This document shows positions 62,259 to 64,000 of a DNA stretch of 64,000 nt, in pieces (the stretch's first letter is position 1; each line of letters opens with the position of its first letter). This stretch comes from Bacillus subtilis subsp. subtilis str. 168. GTDB lineage: Bacteria; Bacillota; Bacilli; Bacillales; Bacillaceae. The translations under genes were made by a program, and so were the position numbers. The stretch is taken from contig NC_000964.3 of NCBI RefSeq assembly GCF_000009045.1, positions 3,596,001 through 3,660,000 of the forward strand. Direction: 5' to 3'. Under the pieces are notes generated by a model that saw nothing but the letters and a program-made list of their open reading frames with translations, made no database searches and was not told the origin of the DNA.

Positions 62259-62892
62259 TTATCTTGCACCATCACCCGTCCAAACTACTTTACAAGTTTT
62301 TAACATAATTTTTAATTCTAAAGTGAAAGTCAGATTGCGAATGTAATATAAATCAAATATCAGCTTTTCCTTCGGCGTCATATCGTAACCGCCGTTCACC
62401 TGAGCCCAGACGCTGTGTAAAGCCTGGAATCTCATTCTGGAATTTTTCCGTAAATACGGGCCGTTCCGGACGAGGGCCAATCATACTCATATCGCCTTTC
62501 AGCACATTAAACAGCTGAGGAAGCTCGTCAATTCTCGTTCTTCTGATAAAAGCTCCGATCCTTGTCACCCGCGGATCTTGCTTCTGTGCCCAAACCGCCC
62601 CAGACTTCTCGGCATCTATTTTCATGGAACGAAGCTTATAAAGCTTAAATGGCTTCCCGCCTTTCCCTACGCGTTCCTGCGTATAAATGGCAGGCCCCGG
62701 CGTCTCCAAACAAATCAAAATTGAAAATACCGCAATCATTGGCAGCGCAATCGCCAATCCAATGAGCGCAAACCAAATATCCATTACGCGCTTTATTGCC
62801 AAATAACGAGCCGTCTTTTCAGATAATGTAAAAGAATGTATTTGTTGAACTGAGAATTCACGACTCACATTCATGCTTTTCTCTGCACTCAC
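62259..62892 (-). pseudogene. tuaA: Priming polyprenyl-phosphate sugar-1-P transferase TuaA, frameshifted by an internal deletion
   Basis: The N-part (KRVMDI..YKLRSM..RIDELPQLFNVLKGDMSMIGPRPE) ends at FTQR. One base later the reading continues in another frame as WAQVNGGYDM..DGAR-stop. The conserved VKPGxTG is missing. Confidence 0.93.
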
Positions 62893-62958
62893 TGACACAC
62901 ACCTCACGATTTGTTTGGGATGTTATGATGACCTATGCCAGTCAGTTTAGCAGACGGA

Positions 62959-62996
62959 TGTTAATTGGATGTAAATGGTATGTTAAGAAGTGTGAA
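62959..62996 (-). promoter_or_regulatory. PhoP box of the tua operon
   Basis: Minus strand TTCACA-N4-TTAACA-N5-TTTACA-N5-TTAACA. Confidence 0.9.
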
Positions 62997-63079
62997 TTAC
63001 GTGTTTTTTCTGATAAATGTTGTTAATACTCTTTTACTATTTTATATACAAGTCCTATTTGTTTTAATCATTTCATATA

Positions 63080-63117
63080 AAAAAGAGACAAATCTGTGAT
63101 TAGATTTGTCTCTTTCG
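63080..63117. terminator. lytC terminator
   Basis: aaagagacaaatct-N6-agatttgtctcttt. Confidence 0.9.
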
Positions 63118-63118
63118 A

Positions 63119-64000
63119 TTATCTGTAATAAGATACTGTGCCGTCATGAATAGCTTGTGCAGCTTTATCTTTATAAACCGCTTGCTTCAATTTACTTGCA
63201 TCTGATGCATTAGTGATAAAGGCAGTTTCAACTAAAACACTCGGCATTTTAGAATATTTAATAACATAGAAAGCAGCTGTTTTTACTCCCCGGTCTCTCG
63301 TTCCAAGATTAGCCGCTAACTTTGGTTGAATTTGTTCAGCCAGTCTCTTGCTATTTGCAGCTTGATATGTTGTATCGTAGTACGTCTCACTTCCATTTGG
63401 TGATGAGCTATCATTAGCATTTGCATGTATACTGAGAAATAAATCTGCTTGTGCAGAAGCTGCTTTATTTACTCTCTCCTGTAAAGAATAAAAAGTATCA
63501 TTAGATCTTGACAGTACTGGAAGAGCACCTGAAGCATTTAGCTTTGTATTGACTCTTTTCGCTATATCAAGGTTGACTTCTTTCTCAAGGAGTCCATTGC
63601 CGATTGCTCCTGAATCTTGATCACCGTGACCCGGATCAATAAAGATTGTTTCACCTACAACTGGATTCTTTAGCTGATTAGCAACCTTTGTGCTTACGGC
63701 AGGAGTGTTTCCGATAATCATAAAGTTTGACATGTTTTTACTTCCAATAATTTTACGGGCTCCTGTAGATAAATTTTCACCATTTGTAAGAATAAGAGAT
63801 TGCTTCTTCTTAGCTGCCAGTGTAGCTCCTGCAATAGAGTCAGGGTAGCTGAATCCATTGCTTACATATACGGTGCTTGTTGATAAATTAAGTTTTTGTA
63901 CGATATTTGCAGCAAGCTCATATCTGTTTGAACCGCTAATTCTTGTAGGAGAAGGTAACTTGTTGTATACCGTATTGCTGATACTTCCAGTGCCTCCTAC
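63119..64000 (-). CDS. lytC: N-acetylmuramoyl-L-alanine amidase LytC (3' part, truncated by window end)
   Basis: Frame is open to base 64000 with cell-wall-binding-2 repeats (RISGSNRYELA, PDSIAGA). Amidase_3 motifs IDPGHG, EKEVNL, SIHAN and VLVETAFI. Confidence 0.96.
   Translation of the reverse strand, partial: VGGTGSISNTVYNKLPSPTRISGSNRYELAANIVQKLNLSTSTVYVSNGFSYPDSIAGATLAAKKKQSLILTNGENLSTGARKIIGSKNMSNFMIIGNTPAVSTKVANQLKNPVVGETIFIDPGHGDQDSGAIGNGLLEKEVNLDIAKRVNTKLNASGALPVLSRSNDTFYSLQERVNKAASAQADLFLSIHANANDSSSPNGSETYYDTTYQAANSKRLAEQIQPKLAANLGTRDRGVKTAAFYVIKYSKMPSVLVETAFITNASDASKLKQAVYKDKAAQAIHDGTVSYYR

Overview
This window is Bacillus subtilis chromosome, running from the 3' part of nagA to the 3' part of lytC. 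Gene order and two lesions (swrA with 9 A instead of 8; tuaA with an internal deletion/frameshift) point to the domesticated 168 lineage. It contains: the GlcNAc genes nagA-nagB-nagR; the pulcherriminic-acid cluster (yvnB/yvnA, cypX-yvmC, pchR-yvmA); the sigma-W yvlABCD envelope-stress operon; yvkN; a 5'-truncated second flagellin (yvzB); uvrBA with a LexA box; csbA; yvkCBA (phosphotransferase, TetR, MFS); minJ, swrA, ctpB, ftsEX, cccB, yvjA; prfB (programmed frameshift), secA, hpf; the late flagellar region (fliDST, flaG, hag, csrA, fliW, flgKLMN); comFABC, degV, degSU, yvyE, tagV, tagO; the tua teichuronic-acid operon; and lytC. I saw no rRNA, tRNA, CRISPR array, prophage or transposase. This is mostly well-studied core genome, and I cannot claim a clearly new system. 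The best leads are: (1) the promoterless yvzB flagellin, which keeps homology to hag on both sides of a different, shorter variable core and sits between two related hairpins, so it could be a silent gene-conversion cassette; (2) the yvkCBA operon with a clean promoter/operator pair; (3) the secreted multidomain phosphoesterase YvnB tied to the pulcherrimin regulon; (4) a start-less Shine-Dalgarno at the 5' end of the hag mRNA; (5) a probable CTG start for comFC. All motif calls and alignments were made by eye, and gene names come from recognising the proteins, not from a database search.
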